From a virus, in the IMG/VR virus record IMGVR_UViG_3300036939_000021, positions 41,885 to 105,884 of that record: DNA of 64,000 bases. One strand, given 5' to 3'. Position numbers and translations under genes: made by a program. Of the stretch, positions 43,940 through 53,804 are shown piece after piece; positions within the stretch are counted from its first letter, which is position 1, and every line of letters starts with the position of its first letter. A model generated the notes under the pieces. That model ran no database searches. It was given only the letters and a program-made list of their open reading frames with translations, and was not told where the DNA came from.

Positions 43940-44386
43940 TTAATTCTCCAAAAATCCCGATTCTGTTATAAAAGTAGCAAGCCCAAAAGCTTGCCATAAA
44001 TGTGATTTTAAATATTTTGTAGTTTGCTTACCATACTTTTCTATAAGACACTTACGCATACCGGAATCATTAGTAACACCATGATGTTTTTTAATGGTTG
44101 TTCTTAAAATCATAGTATCGTCTATATCTGTTATAATATCAGCTTTTTTCTTTTCCCAAACTTGATAAAATCTCCCACTCCAAAAAGCCGTATCTAAGAT
44201 TTCACGTCCAATAACTTGCCCCATATTTGCAAGTTTCTCAATGAATAAATATTCAGCTTGTGATGATTCCAGTAGTGTTACTATTTGTCCATTTGTGGTA
44301 ATGCAAGCCTTATATATTTGTGTTCCATCCCATTCAAGATAGGCTGATATTTTATTACCCGGATCGATTGCGATTATTAAAGGCAT
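43940..44386 (-). CDS. RuvC-like Holliday junction resolvase
   Basis: IIAIDPG...FIE......G.F...H.WQAFGLA RNase H-fold pattern. Confidence 0.7.
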   Translation of the reverse strand: MPLIIAIDPGNKISAYLEWDGTQIYKACITTNGQIVTLLESSQAEYLFIEKLANMGQVIGREILDTAFWSGRFYQVWEKKKADIITDIDDTMILRTTIKKHHGVTNDSGMRKCLIEKYGKQTTKYLKSHLWQAFGLATFITESGFLEN

Positions 44387-44447
44387 AAAAAACTAGGTAA
44401 GTCTTACTGTGAGCTTACCTAGTTTTTTAGTATATGTCAAGAGTATA

Positions 44448-45350
44448 TTAAAAATTAAATTCTTTATCGAGTGATTCTAGATAATGCTGAATCTCTTCAT
44501 TAGATGGTTTTAAGCTGTCTCGATCACTAATAATTTTAAACTGCGTAGTTGCTTTAGATTTTGATGTTCCTAATTGTGGCAGGTCTAAAGCTAATTTAAC
44601 CTCATGACACGCTAACCAAATGCTATGAGTTAAAGAAGGCTTACGTCCTAAACTTAAAGCACCGTCATAATAATAAGCAGCTAACTCTTCAGCACGTCCT
44701 ACAGCGTGTATTTGTAAAGCTTCTGGTATGTGATTACGTCCTATTTGGATAATGCCATTTATTACAGGCATTGATCGTAATTTATCAGCGGTTGTACCAA
44801 GTAAAAACTGATAAGTCATATTAGTATACTTGGCATAAGCTCTTTCATCGTGTCCACAATGAGCTTTAATTACATCTGTAAAACTTCTACGGTGAATCTT
44901 ACGTTTAGCTCTTTCTTCTTCCCAGGTGCCTATAATAAACTTTTGATGATCTGTTAAATCTACTGGCTGATTATCTTTAATACCTATTTGATATCCAGCC
45001 ATCCGATAAAGGAATTGGTTAGCACCTGCATCGATCATCTCATCAAATAACTCTGGGTTATCTTTAGCTAACCAACGTCCCATAATCTTTGCTGGTATTA
45101 AAATAACCTGAGATGATCCTTTACCAATACCATGTTGAATGCTTGCTTTCACTAACTTTGTGAATTTTTTCACAGTGCCCTCAAACTCATTTATATCAAT
45201 AGTTTCAAGATTTTGACAACGTTTAGTTACAGTAGTACGATCAATATTTTGCCAACGTGAATAACTAGATTGTGTACAAAAAGCTTGACCATTATTTAAA
45301 ATTACTACTTCAAGACCAGAATCACTGCGAGAATATGTTAAACTAGACAT
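44448..45350 (-). CDS. antirepressor-like DNA-binding protein
   Basis: G.AF..QS.Y.R HTH-like start; GAN.FLY.MAGY; RRSFTD.IK...YA.YTN..Y..L.G. Confidence 0.55.
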   Translation of the reverse strand: MSSLTYSRSDSGLEVVILNNGQAFCTQSSYSRWQNIDRTTVTKRCQNLETIDINEFEGTVKKFTKLVKASIQHGIGKGSSQVILIPAKIMGRWLAKDNPELFDEMIDAGANQFLYRMAGYQIGIKDNQPVDLTDHQKFIIGTWEEERAKRKIHRRSFTDVIKAHCGHDERAYAKYTNMTYQFLLGTTADKLRSMPVINGIIQIGRNHIPEALQIHAVGRAEELAAYYYDGALSLGRKPSLTHSIWLACHEVKLALDLPQLGTSKSKATTQFKIISDRDSLKPSNEEIQHYLESLDKEFNF

Positions 45351-45439
45351 ACAACAATTTTCCTTAGATTATCTACATGGGGCTAGCAACCGTTAATTGC
45401 TAGCCTTCTTTTTTATTTTAACATATTATATCGACATCT

Positions 45440-45499
45440 AGCAAAAAGAAACATACACCGGAATCATAAAGATTATTCCGGTGTATGTTTCTTTTTGCT
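45440..45499. terminator. 25-bp inverted repeat terminator carrying CCGGAAT
   Basis: AGCAAAAAGAAACATACACCGGAAT / ATTCCGGTGTATGTTTCTTTTTGCT. Confidence 0.85.
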
Positions 45500-45507
45500 T
45501 TCTACTA

Positions 45508-47127
45508 TTACCGTCTAGTAAAAACCCATAAGTCCTCAGATGCTCTTGTAATAGCCGTATAGAGCAATCGATATATCACCGAATTATTCTCGTATGGCGT
45601 TAGATTAGGATTGCGAGAGAAGCAATCCGCATAGTTGTAAAAGACTTTATTAAGTGTCGTTCCTTGGGATTTGTGGACAGTAATTACCCAAGAACTATAA
45701 AGCTTATTTGTTACTTTGTATGTTTTATTACCGTCTTCAAAACAATAAGGTTTGTCTGATTCTGCTGTCCAATGCTGAAACTCAAATTGTGTATTAAAAG
45801 TATTATTGAGCAAAGATTTATATTTTACTAAAATAGGTTCTGGTATTCGATATTGTTTCCAAAAATCAAGGACATATTGCATAAATCTTGCATAAGCTTT
45901 ACGTTGAGAATCTGTAAGTACTGCTACCTCATATTCTCTACCTTTATAAGTTAGAGTAAGCAAGCAATATTCAATACATATTTGAGGTTCCCAATATTGA
46001 AAATATTTTAAAAATTCAGCATGATTATTAGATCTTGTTAAAGGAGAGAAAAAATAATGCTCTTTTATTTCGCAAGATTTTACATAAAAATCCTCAGAGT
46101 TTGCTAAACGTTTTCTTGCTTTATCACGCTCATCTACTAAATATTTTGTTTTATTTGTTTGTTCTTCTGTCCGTCTAGATACCCAACTTAAATCAAATAG
46201 TTCTAAATGTTTAGTCAAACTATAATAAGCATGAAAAGGTTGATGACTGAAAAGACACTCACCAGGTACATACTGGAATAATGCTGTTTCCCCATAGACA
46301 GCTGTTCTAATAAGAGTTGAAAATGTTTCTAGTGTTCGGCGTTTATAGACAAGCATTCTTAAATAATCCGGGCGAGGATTACCCATAAAATTTGCTTCCT
46401 GTAAAGCCATATGTAAGAAGTCAGCAAACCAGTGAGAATTCTCCGGTGCTACTTTTTCCTTACAAACTGTTATGGATTCTACTGATTTAGGGAATACATA
46501 AGCGTAATCTATTTCCTCATTTTCTATGCGTTCTCTAATACGAGAAGCTGTTTTTAAAATATTTCCTTGATATCTTACTATTCCCTCTAAATAAAATACT
46601 TTTTTAATTTGTCTAAAAGGTGCTGAAACTCTATTCTCTTTGACTGGATATAATTGATAAGGATCACCAATAAATAATAATTTACCTTTTATAGATTCCA
46701 TAATCATTTCAAAAAGCAAATTATTAATCATGCTTGCTTCATCTACAAAAACATAATCATATAAACCATACGGTCTTGTTTCTACAGGATCAGACGTAAA
46801 TTCTAATTCAGAATCGTCTTCCTCTTCTTCTGTGGGAATAGATTTTAAAAATTTATGAATAGTACCTAGTGCTATAGTTTTATACTGAGGTTTTCCTACT
46901 AATTTATTAATATTAAATTGTGATAATTTTTCTTCTAAAACTCTTACAGCTTTATTTGTTGGAGCGCTAACACCTATAAGAGCATCAGGATCTTTATCTA
47001 AAATATCGTCTATTAAAGTTGCAACTAGAAAGGTCTTACCACTACCAGCAGCACCTATAAGAGTACCTGTACCTTCTAGTTGAAAAAACCATTCTCTAGC
47101 TTGCTGCTGACTTTCTGTAAGTTGCAT
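45508..47127 (-). CDS. Dda/RecD-like SF1B DNA helicase
   Basis: GAAGSGKT, APTNKA, TIH, VDEASM, GDPYQL.PV, ITVHKSQG.T, LYTAITRA. Confidence 0.92.
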   Translation of the reverse strand: MQLTESQQQAREWFFQLEGTGTLIGAAGSGKTFLVATLIDDILDKDPDALIGVSAPTNKAVRVLEEKLSQFNINKLVGKPQYKTIALGTIHKFLKSIPTEEEEDDSELEFTSDPVETRPYGLYDYVFVDEASMINNLLFEMIMESIKGKLLFIGDPYQLYPVKENRVSAPFRQIKKVFYLEGIVRYQGNILKTASRIRERIENEEIDYAYVFPKSVESITVCKEKVAPENSHWFADFLHMALQEANFMGNPRPDYLRMLVYKRRTLETFSTLIRTAVYGETALFQYVPGECLFSHQPFHAYYSLTKHLELFDLSWVSRRTEEQTNKTKYLVDERDKARKRLANSEDFYVKSCEIKEHYFFSPLTRSNNHAEFLKYFQYWEPQICIEYCLLTLTYKGREYEVAVLTDSQRKAYARFMQYVLDFWKQYRIPEPILVKYKSLLNNTFNTQFEFQHWTAESDKPYCFEDGNKTYKVTNKLYSSWVITVHKSQGTTLNKVFYNYADCFSRNPNLTPYENNSVIYRLLYTAITRASEDLWVFTRR

Positions 47128-47157
47128 CTTCTTTTTAGGCTATAAATCTATATCTCT

Positions 47158-47186
47158 ACTATATGCCTAAAAATGCAATATGTCAA
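47158..47186 (-). promoter_or_regulatory. phage early/middle promoter
   Basis: TTGACA-17-TATAGT. Confidence 0.8.
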
Positions 47187-47191
47187 TAAAA

Positions 47192-47551
47192 TTATTTTCT
47201 TAAAACATCTCGAATAGTACCAAGTATATCTGAGATACTGTAAGGCTTAGTAATATAACGATCAGCACCTAATTTAAAACCTATTTTTTGATCTACATAA
47301 CGAACGTGAGCAGAAACAAAAATAAAAGGTGTTTTTGGATATAATTCTTTTGCTTCAGTTATTACGTTATATCCTGTAATACCTGGCATCGTTATATCAC
47401 AAAGTATTAAATCAAATTCTTTTTTTCTTATTACATCAATTGCATCACGTCCACCAGATACAGATACTACCTCGTATCCCTCCATTTTTAAAAGTTCTTC
47501 TAAAGCAAACCTATTACCCTCGTCATCTTCAACAACTAAAATTACACACAT
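47192..47551 (-). CDS. single-domain response regulator (CheY-like receiver)
   Basis: ILVVEDD, DLILCDITMPG (phosphoacceptor Asp), FVSA, GADRYITKPY. Confidence 0.93.
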   Translation of the reverse strand: MCVILVVEDDEGNRFALEELLKMEGYEVVSVSGGRDAIDVIRKKEFDLILCDITMPGITGYNVITEAKELYPKTPFIFVSAHVRYVDQKIGFKLGADRYITKPYSISDILGTIRDVLRK

Positions 47552-47814
47552 TTCTTTTTAAAAATTACTATATTTTTCTCTTCTATTTGCTTATTCTTTT
47601 GTTCTAAAATTTGTAACTCTTTTTCAAACGATTGCTCTATAATATCTAAATGTTTTTGTATTTGTTCTGAAGTAAGTTTTCCTGAATCTAAGTATTTTTT
47701 TAAAATAGCTACAGATGTTAAACCGGAAGTTATCACATTTCTAGATTCATGATTACGTGCTTGTATAAGTTGCAAAGGACATTGTTCCTCGTATTCGCAA
47801 TTTATCTTAATCAT
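47542..47814 (-). CDS. stand-alone histidine kinase DHp (HisKA-like) protein without ATPase domain
   Basis: NHESRNVITSGLTSVAILKKY...L.SEQIQKHLDII matches the H-box helical hairpin; overlaps the receiver gene by 10 nt. Confidence 0.7.
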   Translation of the reverse strand: MIKINCEYEEQCPLQLIQARNHESRNVITSGLTSVAILKKYLDSGKLTSEQIQKHLDIIEQSFEKELQILEQKNKQIEEKNIVIFKKKCV

Positions 47815-47900
47815 GATTTTGCTTAAGTGAATATTATATCAAGTCTATTGCAAAATAATTATTATTTATCTCAATCGCTCGATAGTTGTTATTTAAAAAA

Positions 47901-50000
47901 TTACCAGTTAACACCAGACCAATTATGTTTTACTATCATTTGTTCCCAAGTCTCTTCAGGTTCATAATCTGGTATGTAATACTGCATTTCTTCAGTTATT
48001 ACATCAACGGCTATAGGTGCTATCTCAGGTAATAATTCTTTTCTAATCTCTAACATCAAAGAATCATGAGAAAAATTTACAAGATGTGCATTATCTATTC
48101 CCCAAGTAAACTGACATAACTCATCTATTATTCCAAGTGAGTTTTTCATAACCGTTGCTTCAGGTCGTAACCATTGACAAGAAACAACATCAGAAATTTT
48201 TAATTTATATTTTGTTTGTCCATACCAGTTTTCTTGTGCTTGCGCTCTATGCCAAATAAGACCTCCATCTAATGTTTCAGAATATCCGAATACTCCTAAA
48301 CAATCTTGATTACCTGTTAGTTTATTATCAATATAAATAGTTTCTAGAGTATTCTGAGCTTTAGCGTAAATGCCATCCTGGAATAATCGCAAATCTTCGT
48401 AAGCTTCAGCACAAGCTTCTAAATAATTTTTACAATCTTCAAGACTTACAGAAAGTTCATAACCATAAAAAGATTGTTGAAGCCTAGCACCTCCAGAATA
48501 GTTTAAGAAAGAGTAAATTACAGTTTTAGCTAATTTATAAAGATGTTTATAGTGAGATTGTTTATTTGAAGGTTTTTCTACTAATTCCTTTGCCTCTAAC
48601 GGTGTTACCGTTAAATCTTCAAACTTAAGCATTGCGGCTAAAGTAATGTAATGTAATTTAATTCCCTCTTTTTTTGCTTTCTGAAGATTTTTATCATTAC
48701 TAAGAATACGTGCAAACTGTAAATGACTTGCTGCTAAATCTATTTCTAAAAGTTGATAACCAGGTCTAGCTGATACTATAGAACGTACTGGTGGAAGATT
48801 TTGCGATTGATGACTTGGAAGATGTTTACTAAAATTTTGAGTGTTATGTAAATGCTTATCTCTTTTAGAGCCACTGGAACTTCTTCCCATTCCTTGAGTA
48901 GCAAGAATAGAAAACGTAGTTTGAATACATTTTCTATTTCTATCTAAAGTATCTATATAACCTTTAATTGTTGATGCTGCACGATTTATACCACGAAAAT
49001 TAATAAGTTCTCTTATCTCATAATCATCAGGAAATTTCTCTGTAATAATATAGAGATTTTCCTTACCACTAGATTCTTTCCATTCTTTAGTTTTAGTATC
49101 AAATTTTAAAAGCATATCCTCACCAAATTTATTACGAATGTAATATCTAATCTGATCAGGACTGTTAGGGTTAAATACAGAGGGCTTAGGTATCTTTATT
49201 GGTTGACCTTTTTTACCTAAAATAGGATTCTTCCAATATTCTTGTATTTTCTCTCGTTGACATGGATTTTCTGGTAATAATTTCTCTAATTTTTCTTTTA
49301 AATATTGAGCAGCTTGTTGATAACCTTCTAATACAAATTCAGCTTTTCTAATATCTCCTACAGGTAAACCCTGATGAATAAGTTCTATAAAAGCAGGTAT
49401 GCAAGACATCTCTGCTTCTAATACTTCTTTTTGTGATATTACTAATTCTTTATACTGAGCATCACCTATTTTATATGTTACTATTGCATCTTTACCCGCA
49501 TACATAAACTGTTCATCTGATAATTCCAGTTGTGACCAGTCACTCTTCTGATATTGTTTATCATGAATATATCCATATTCTTCGCACAAATACTCTAAAC
49601 TATTAGAATTTTGTATCCCTAGCTCATATACATAACCATCATATCTTCCAGCTTTTAGAATTTGAGACATTAATCTAGTGTCTCTAATATTTCTAATTTT
49701 TATGTTATATTTTGCCCTAAACCATAAGGCGTCAAATACAGCATTCTGAATATACTTAACAACTTTAGGATTATCAAGAACTTGTAATAATTTTTGAAAC
49801 CATATTTCTTGTTCTTCGGTCATAAACCACAAATCTATTATGGCTACTTGCGCTATTTTTGGTAAATATATTTGCACCAATCTTAAGTCATCTACATAAG
49901 CATTTAATCCCGTTGTTTCAGTATCTAATGCTAATTCTGGAGTATCGAGAATACTAAGATTAGACCAATCTTGGAATAATATAACTTTAAGTTCTTTCAT
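47901..50000 (-). CDS. polA: family A DNA polymerase with 3'-5' exonuclease
   Basis: LDTETTGL, NAVFD, DT, YA..D exonuclease motifs; FNPNSPDQ, GRSSS, EIDLAASH, AKTVIYSFLNY, SHDS polymerase motifs (divergent). Confidence 0.9.
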   Translation of the reverse strand: MKELKVILFQDWSNLSILDTPELALDTETTGLNAYVDDLRLVQIYLPKIAQVAIIDLWFMTEEQEIWFQKLLQVLDNPKVVKYIQNAVFDALWFRAKYNIKIRNIRDTRLMSQILKAGRYDGYVYELGIQNSNSLEYLCEEYGYIHDKQYQKSDWSQLELSDEQFMYAGKDAIVTYKIGDAQYKELVISQKEVLEAEMSCIPAFIELIHQGLPVGDIRKAEFVLEGYQQAAQYLKEKLEKLLPENPCQREKIQEYWKNPILGKKGQPIKIPKPSVFNPNSPDQIRYYIRNKFGEDMLLKFDTKTKEWKESSGKENLYIITEKFPDDYEIRELINFRGINRAASTIKGYIDTLDRNRKCIQTTFSILATQGMGRSSSGSKRDKHLHNTQNFSKHLPSHQSQNLPPVRSIVSARPGYQLLEIDLAASHLQFARILSNDKNLQKAKKEGIKLHYITLAAMLKFEDLTVTPLEAKELVEKPSNKQSHYKHLYKLAKTVIYSFLNYSGGARLQQSFYGYELSVSLEDCKNYLEACAEAYEDLRLFQDGIYAKAQNTLETIYIDNKLTGNQDCLGVFGYSETLDGGLIWHRAQAQENWYGQTKYKLKISDVVSCQWLRPEATVMKNSLGIIDELCQFTWGIDNAHLVNFSHDSLMLEIRKELLPEIAPIAVDVITEEMQYYIPDYEPEETWEQMIVKHNWSGVNW

Positions 50001-50072
50001 TACTTTTATTAGTAAAATAGGGTAAAAACAACAGAATCATAAATATAATATTTATGATTCTGTTGTGAGTTT

Positions 50073-50291
50073 TTAAAAAGTATCTTTCGCTTGCTCTAAT
50101 AATTTTGCTAAATATTCATCAAAAATATCTACCGGAAAATCAAAAGCCTTATCATTATCATCATGTGTTGTTACTAATAAGCCCTCTTCATTATCATAAT
50201 CAAAATCCCATAAACCTAGATTTGGGTTTCTTTCTAGTATTTCTGGATATTTTTCTTTTAGGTAATTATAAAAAATTTCTACATCGTTCAT
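50073..50291 (-). CDS. hypothetical acidic protein
   Basis: ATG at 50291 lies downstream of the promoter at 50319-50347; hairpin 50028-50066 follows. Confidence 0.65.
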   Translation of the reverse strand: MNDVEIFYNYLKEKYPEILERNPNLGLWDFDYDNEEGLLVTTHDDNDKAFDFPVDIFDEYLAKLLEQAKDTF

Positions 50292-50343
50292 GATAAATTC
50301 CTTAAAAGCTTCATTTCTACTATATGTCAAAATTTAATAGATG

Positions 50344-51786
50344 TCAACCTAAATACATCTCTATTGTTTGCTCATTTAATCCCAAAACTTTAAGAGCTTT
50401 TTGTTTCGTATTCACTCCTATTTTTTTATGCTCAATAATACGTTTTACCTTTTTTTGGTGAAGCATATTTGTTGATTCCATAATTCTTTTAATATATTGC
50501 CAGTCGTCTAGTTCCTCTTTATACTCTACTAATTCTCCGTCTACTTCTATTGGTGCTTCTCTTTTTTCTCGTTTTTCTGGAATAATTAACCACTCATTTA
50601 AAGTTCCACATTCACATAATTTTTTATAGCCTTCTTCTCCTTTCATTACTACAACATTTTTAAAAACTAAAGGTAAACCACATCCAGAACATTTAAGCTT
50701 TTCTGGACTTCCTTTAGTTGTTATATCAGGGAATAATGAGTATTCTCGTTGAAATCTAGGACTACCATGAAAATGAGCATTTCCAGCATGATCTAATATT
50801 GTTAGCCTCTTACCATTAGGCTTTGGTCTTAGACCTCTACCCCATATCTGAGTAAGCAATCCAGGACTACCCACAAAGCGCTGTAAGCTCAAGCAAGACA
50901 CCAATGGAATATCGATACCCTCGGTAATTAGAGAGACATTTACAAGTCCTGTAAGCTCACCATAAAGATATGATTCCAGTGTGTCTCTTCTTTGTGTAGC
51001 TGTAAGAGTACTGCCGATATATGCAAACTTATATTTACCATCAAAATAAGTATTAAATTTTTCTACAATAGCGTAGCAATGCTCAGTGGTTGTTGCATAT
51101 ACTAATGTTTTTTCTCCTAATGCAAATCGTTCCCACTCTTTACAAGCATCTGCTATCAACTCGCCTCTATTGAAGTGTAAATCTTGTTCGACTAAATCAT
51201 CTTTAGAACTCTTAGCTTTGTAATCTGTTTTCCAAGATTTCAAATAATAATCAGCTAAATATCCTTGATCTATAAACCAACCAATATCATTATTTTCATA
51301 AGAATTTATATAATCATAATAATGTCCTAAAGGTTGTCCGTCAGTACGCTCTGGAGTAGCTGTATAACCAATATGCCAAGCATTAGGAAAATATTTAAGA
51401 ATTTTTGAATAGGTGTTAGATGGTGATCGATGAATCTCATCACCTATAACAATGTCATACTCTGGAATAACATCAAGACGGTTAGCAATACTTTTATAAA
51501 CACCAATACTAATTTTATTAAAAGTATTTTCTTTACCCATACCTAATCGGCTAACAAAAGGTTTTAAATAAGGTTTAGGTGAAGTAATACGTGCATATAG
51601 GTCTTCTACAAGCTCCCCCATAGGCACAACTATCAAAACACTTAAACCTTTTTTATAGGCATCCCATACATTTTTTGTTATTAAAGTTCCTTTTCCTGTA
51701 CCAGTTGGTAGTAGTTGTAAAACTTTTTTACCTTGTAGTTCCCAAAGTTTTGTATCTATTGCAATTTGATAATCTCTAAGCTTCAT
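50344..51786 (-). CDS. SF2 DEAD/DEAH-like helicase with C-terminal zinc ribbon
   Basis: LRDYQ, PTGTGKG, DEIHR, TATPERTDG, EGIDIP, Q..GRGLR; promoter at 51813-51841. Confidence 0.92.
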   Translation of the reverse strand: MKLRDYQIAIDTKLWELQGKKVLQLLPTGTGKGTLITKNVWDAYKKGLSVLIVVPMGELVEDLYARITSPKPYLKPFVSRLGMGKENTFNKISIGVYKSIANRLDVIPEYDIVIGDEIHRSPSNTYSKILKYFPNAWHIGYTATPERTDGQPLGHYYDYINSYENNDIGWFIDQGYLADYYLKSWKTDYKAKSSKDDLVEQDLHFNRGELIADACKEWERFALGEKTLVYATTTEHCYAIVEKFNTYFDGKYKFAYIGSTLTATQRRDTLESYLYGELTGLVNVSLITEGIDIPLVSCLSLQRFVGSPGLLTQIWGRGLRPKPNGKRLTILDHAGNAHFHGSPRFQREYSLFPDITTKGSPEKLKCSGCGLPLVFKNVVVMKGEEGYKKLCECGTLNEWLIIPEKREKREAPIEVDGELVEYKEELDDWQYIKRIMESTNMLHQKKVKRIIEHKKIGVNTKQKALKVLGLNEQTIEMYLG

Positions 51787-51934
51787 CTGGAATAATATAG
51801 AAACCTATATCTACTATATGCCATATTTTAATAGATGTCAATATTACAAAAAAAAAATAACCGCTAGTTTGCTCAAGACTAACGGTTAATAGTAGAGATT
51901 CAGTTAAAACTATTCAAATTTTCAACTATTTCTA

Positions 51935-53068
51935 TTAAAACACAAAATACTCCATATTCTTTTGTTCCTCAAGCAATCGTTGATATTTAGCAGGTAATCC
52001 GCTAGTGAAAACTTGATGTTCCGGCATTTTATTACCCTTAGCATTTGGAGCAGAAATATAAAGATACCAAGGTTTTAAAGGTGTTGGAGGTTTATCTTTA
52101 ACTAAATTTGTAGTTGCAATACTGCCAAGACTGCCACGATCTCCACATTGAATACTTCCAACAGTGTTTAAAGGAATATCATCGCTATCCATACCAAGAT
52201 AAGCTTTTACTGGTACTCCAGGCATATCACTAAGAGAGACTCCAAAAGTTGCCTGGAAGAATTTACCTGTTCCATCTTTTTTCTCGATTTTTCCTGTTTT
52301 AATTACCGAAGTAATAGGAATAATAACCCCTCGTTTAGGAAAAGTACCTTCTTTCATCATGTTTTCAAAAATTGTTTGAATTTTTGCACTAGCTGATATT
52401 CCAGAAGATATATTGAGTTTTAGATCTTTCCAAGCTTCTTGCCGTTCATCTTCATTTAAAGATGTTAAATCATCCCAAGTAGATTTAAAATTACCGTAAT
52501 CAAAATCAGGTGTTACTGAAATCCCTATTTGAAAACTAAGTTTATTAGTTTTCCTTTCTGGATGAGCAATAATAGCTAAAGGAATTCGATAACTTGTATT
52601 ATCATTTCTTTTAAGTTCTATAGAATCTAAACCCAAACCATTAATTATAGTTCCTTCAAACGTTAAACGATTTTCAAAAACTTTCAAAGGAAAAAATTGA
52701 TAATCTTCTACATTCCCTTTATCATCACCAATTACTAATCCGACTACATCATCAATCTTTTTAATTGTTGGTGCTTTTACATATTTGGGCGTATCTCCCA
52801 AATATGTAACAGAAATAAATTTTTGAGCAACAGGTAATTCTGTATACTCTTTACCAAAAAGCGCAAGTAAAAGACCATGTACGTTATCAGCAACACTATA
52901 TAGATCGCCTTCATAAGTCATATCAAGATTTTCAAGATCTTCAAGACTCACAAAGATATTAGTACGTTCATTATCTTGAGGATCAAAATCTTCCCCCATT
53001 TTTTGATATAAAAGAGAAGCATTAAACAGAGGAGCAAAGTAATTAGCAGTTAAATTGACTAAAGGCAT
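51935..53068 (-). CDS. hypothetical replication-module protein (possible SSB/annealing protein)
   Basis: Likely start MPLVNL at 53068, after the promoter at 53108-53136; function inferred from position only. Confidence 0.6.
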   Translation of the reverse strand: MPLVNLTANYFAPLFNASLLYQKMGEDFDPQDNERTNIFVSLEDLENLDMTYEGDLYSVADNVHGLLLALFGKEYTELPVAQKFISVTYLGDTPKYVKAPTIKKIDDVVGLVIGDDKGNVEDYQFFPLKVFENRLTFEGTIINGLGLDSIELKRNDNTSYRIPLAIIAHPERKTNKLSFQIGISVTPDFDYGNFKSTWDDLTSLNEDERQEAWKDLKLNISSGISASAKIQTIFENMMKEGTFPKRGVIIPITSVIKTGKIEKKDGTGKFFQATFGVSLSDMPGVPVKAYLGMDSDDIPLNTVGSIQCGDRGSLGSIATTNLVKDKPPTPLKPWYLYISAPNAKGNKMPEHQVFTSGLPAKYQRLLEEQKNMEYFVF

Positions 53069-53097
53069 TTTTCTATTTCCGTTAAGTGGTTTTTCCT

Positions 53098-53136
53098 CGA
53101 CTCCTATATAGTAGCTATAAAAATCTAAGATGTCAA
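53098..53136 (-). promoter_or_regulatory. phage early promoter (repeat family)
   Basis: TTGACATCTTAGATTTTTATAGC-TACTAT-ATAGGAGTCG. Confidence 0.85.
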
Positions 53137-53207
53137 GAGTATATAGCAAAAATCTTTAGAAAATAATTTCTAAAGATTTTTAAAGTTGTTTTAATTTTTT
53201 AATAAAA

Positions 53208-53660
53208 TTAAGTTTCATCCTCATCTACTAAATTTTCTTTTAACCATTCTTCATATAGCCAAGCAGTTAAAGAAACAAGAGAATGATGAGTTTTATTCAT
53301 CTTTTCTTTCAATTTTTGGGTAATCGCTTCAGGTTGCCTAATCGCTACCACAGGGCAATTAGTAGGTAACATAACTTTAGGTAGTGAATTCACTTGTTCA
53401 TATTCACCATCAAGATATCTATCAAACAGATATCTTGTTAAAGCGTTAAAATTCTTCAAGTACGATAATACAATACCTGCTTCCTTCAATCCTCTTCTCG
53501 TTTTATCCATCTTAGTTTTAACCCTAAGTATCAGTTCCTCAGAAACCCTTATAGTTAATTGAGGGTGTAAATTCTTGCCACTACTCCTAACCCTTTTGAC
53601 AGGCTTAACCCTATATGGGGAGTTTTCCAATTTTTTTAATGTTTCTTCTCGAATAAGCAT
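53208..53660 (-). CDS. tandem ribbon-helix-helix-like regulator
   Basis: Internal duplication PQLTIRVSEEL..RVK.KMDKT / PVVAIRQPEAI..KLK.KMNKT; divergent from the primase. Confidence 0.55.
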   Translation of the reverse strand: MLIREETLKKLENSPYRVKPVKRVRSSGKNLHPQLTIRVSEELILRVKTKMDKTRRGLKEAGIVLSYLKNFNALTRYLFDRYLDGEYEQVNSLPKVMLPTNCPVVAIRQPEAITQKLKEKMNKTHHSLVSLTAWLYEEWLKENLVDEDET

Positions 53661-53804
53661 ATTTTTAGGTTTTACGTGATAGTTTAACGTATAGTGATTT
53701 TTCTATATGTTAAACCATATATTTTGCAATGTCAACAAAAATCTTGTTTGACAGAACCTTCTTTTTTGTTATATGCTGTAAGCATCTTTTATCCTTTTAA
53801 GCCT

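Noticed and set aside
53069-53149. N-terminal extensions in the ORF track (53149, 53694, 50330, 60657, 7588 starts)
   Set aside because: They overlap predicted promoter elements; downstream starts are more plausible.
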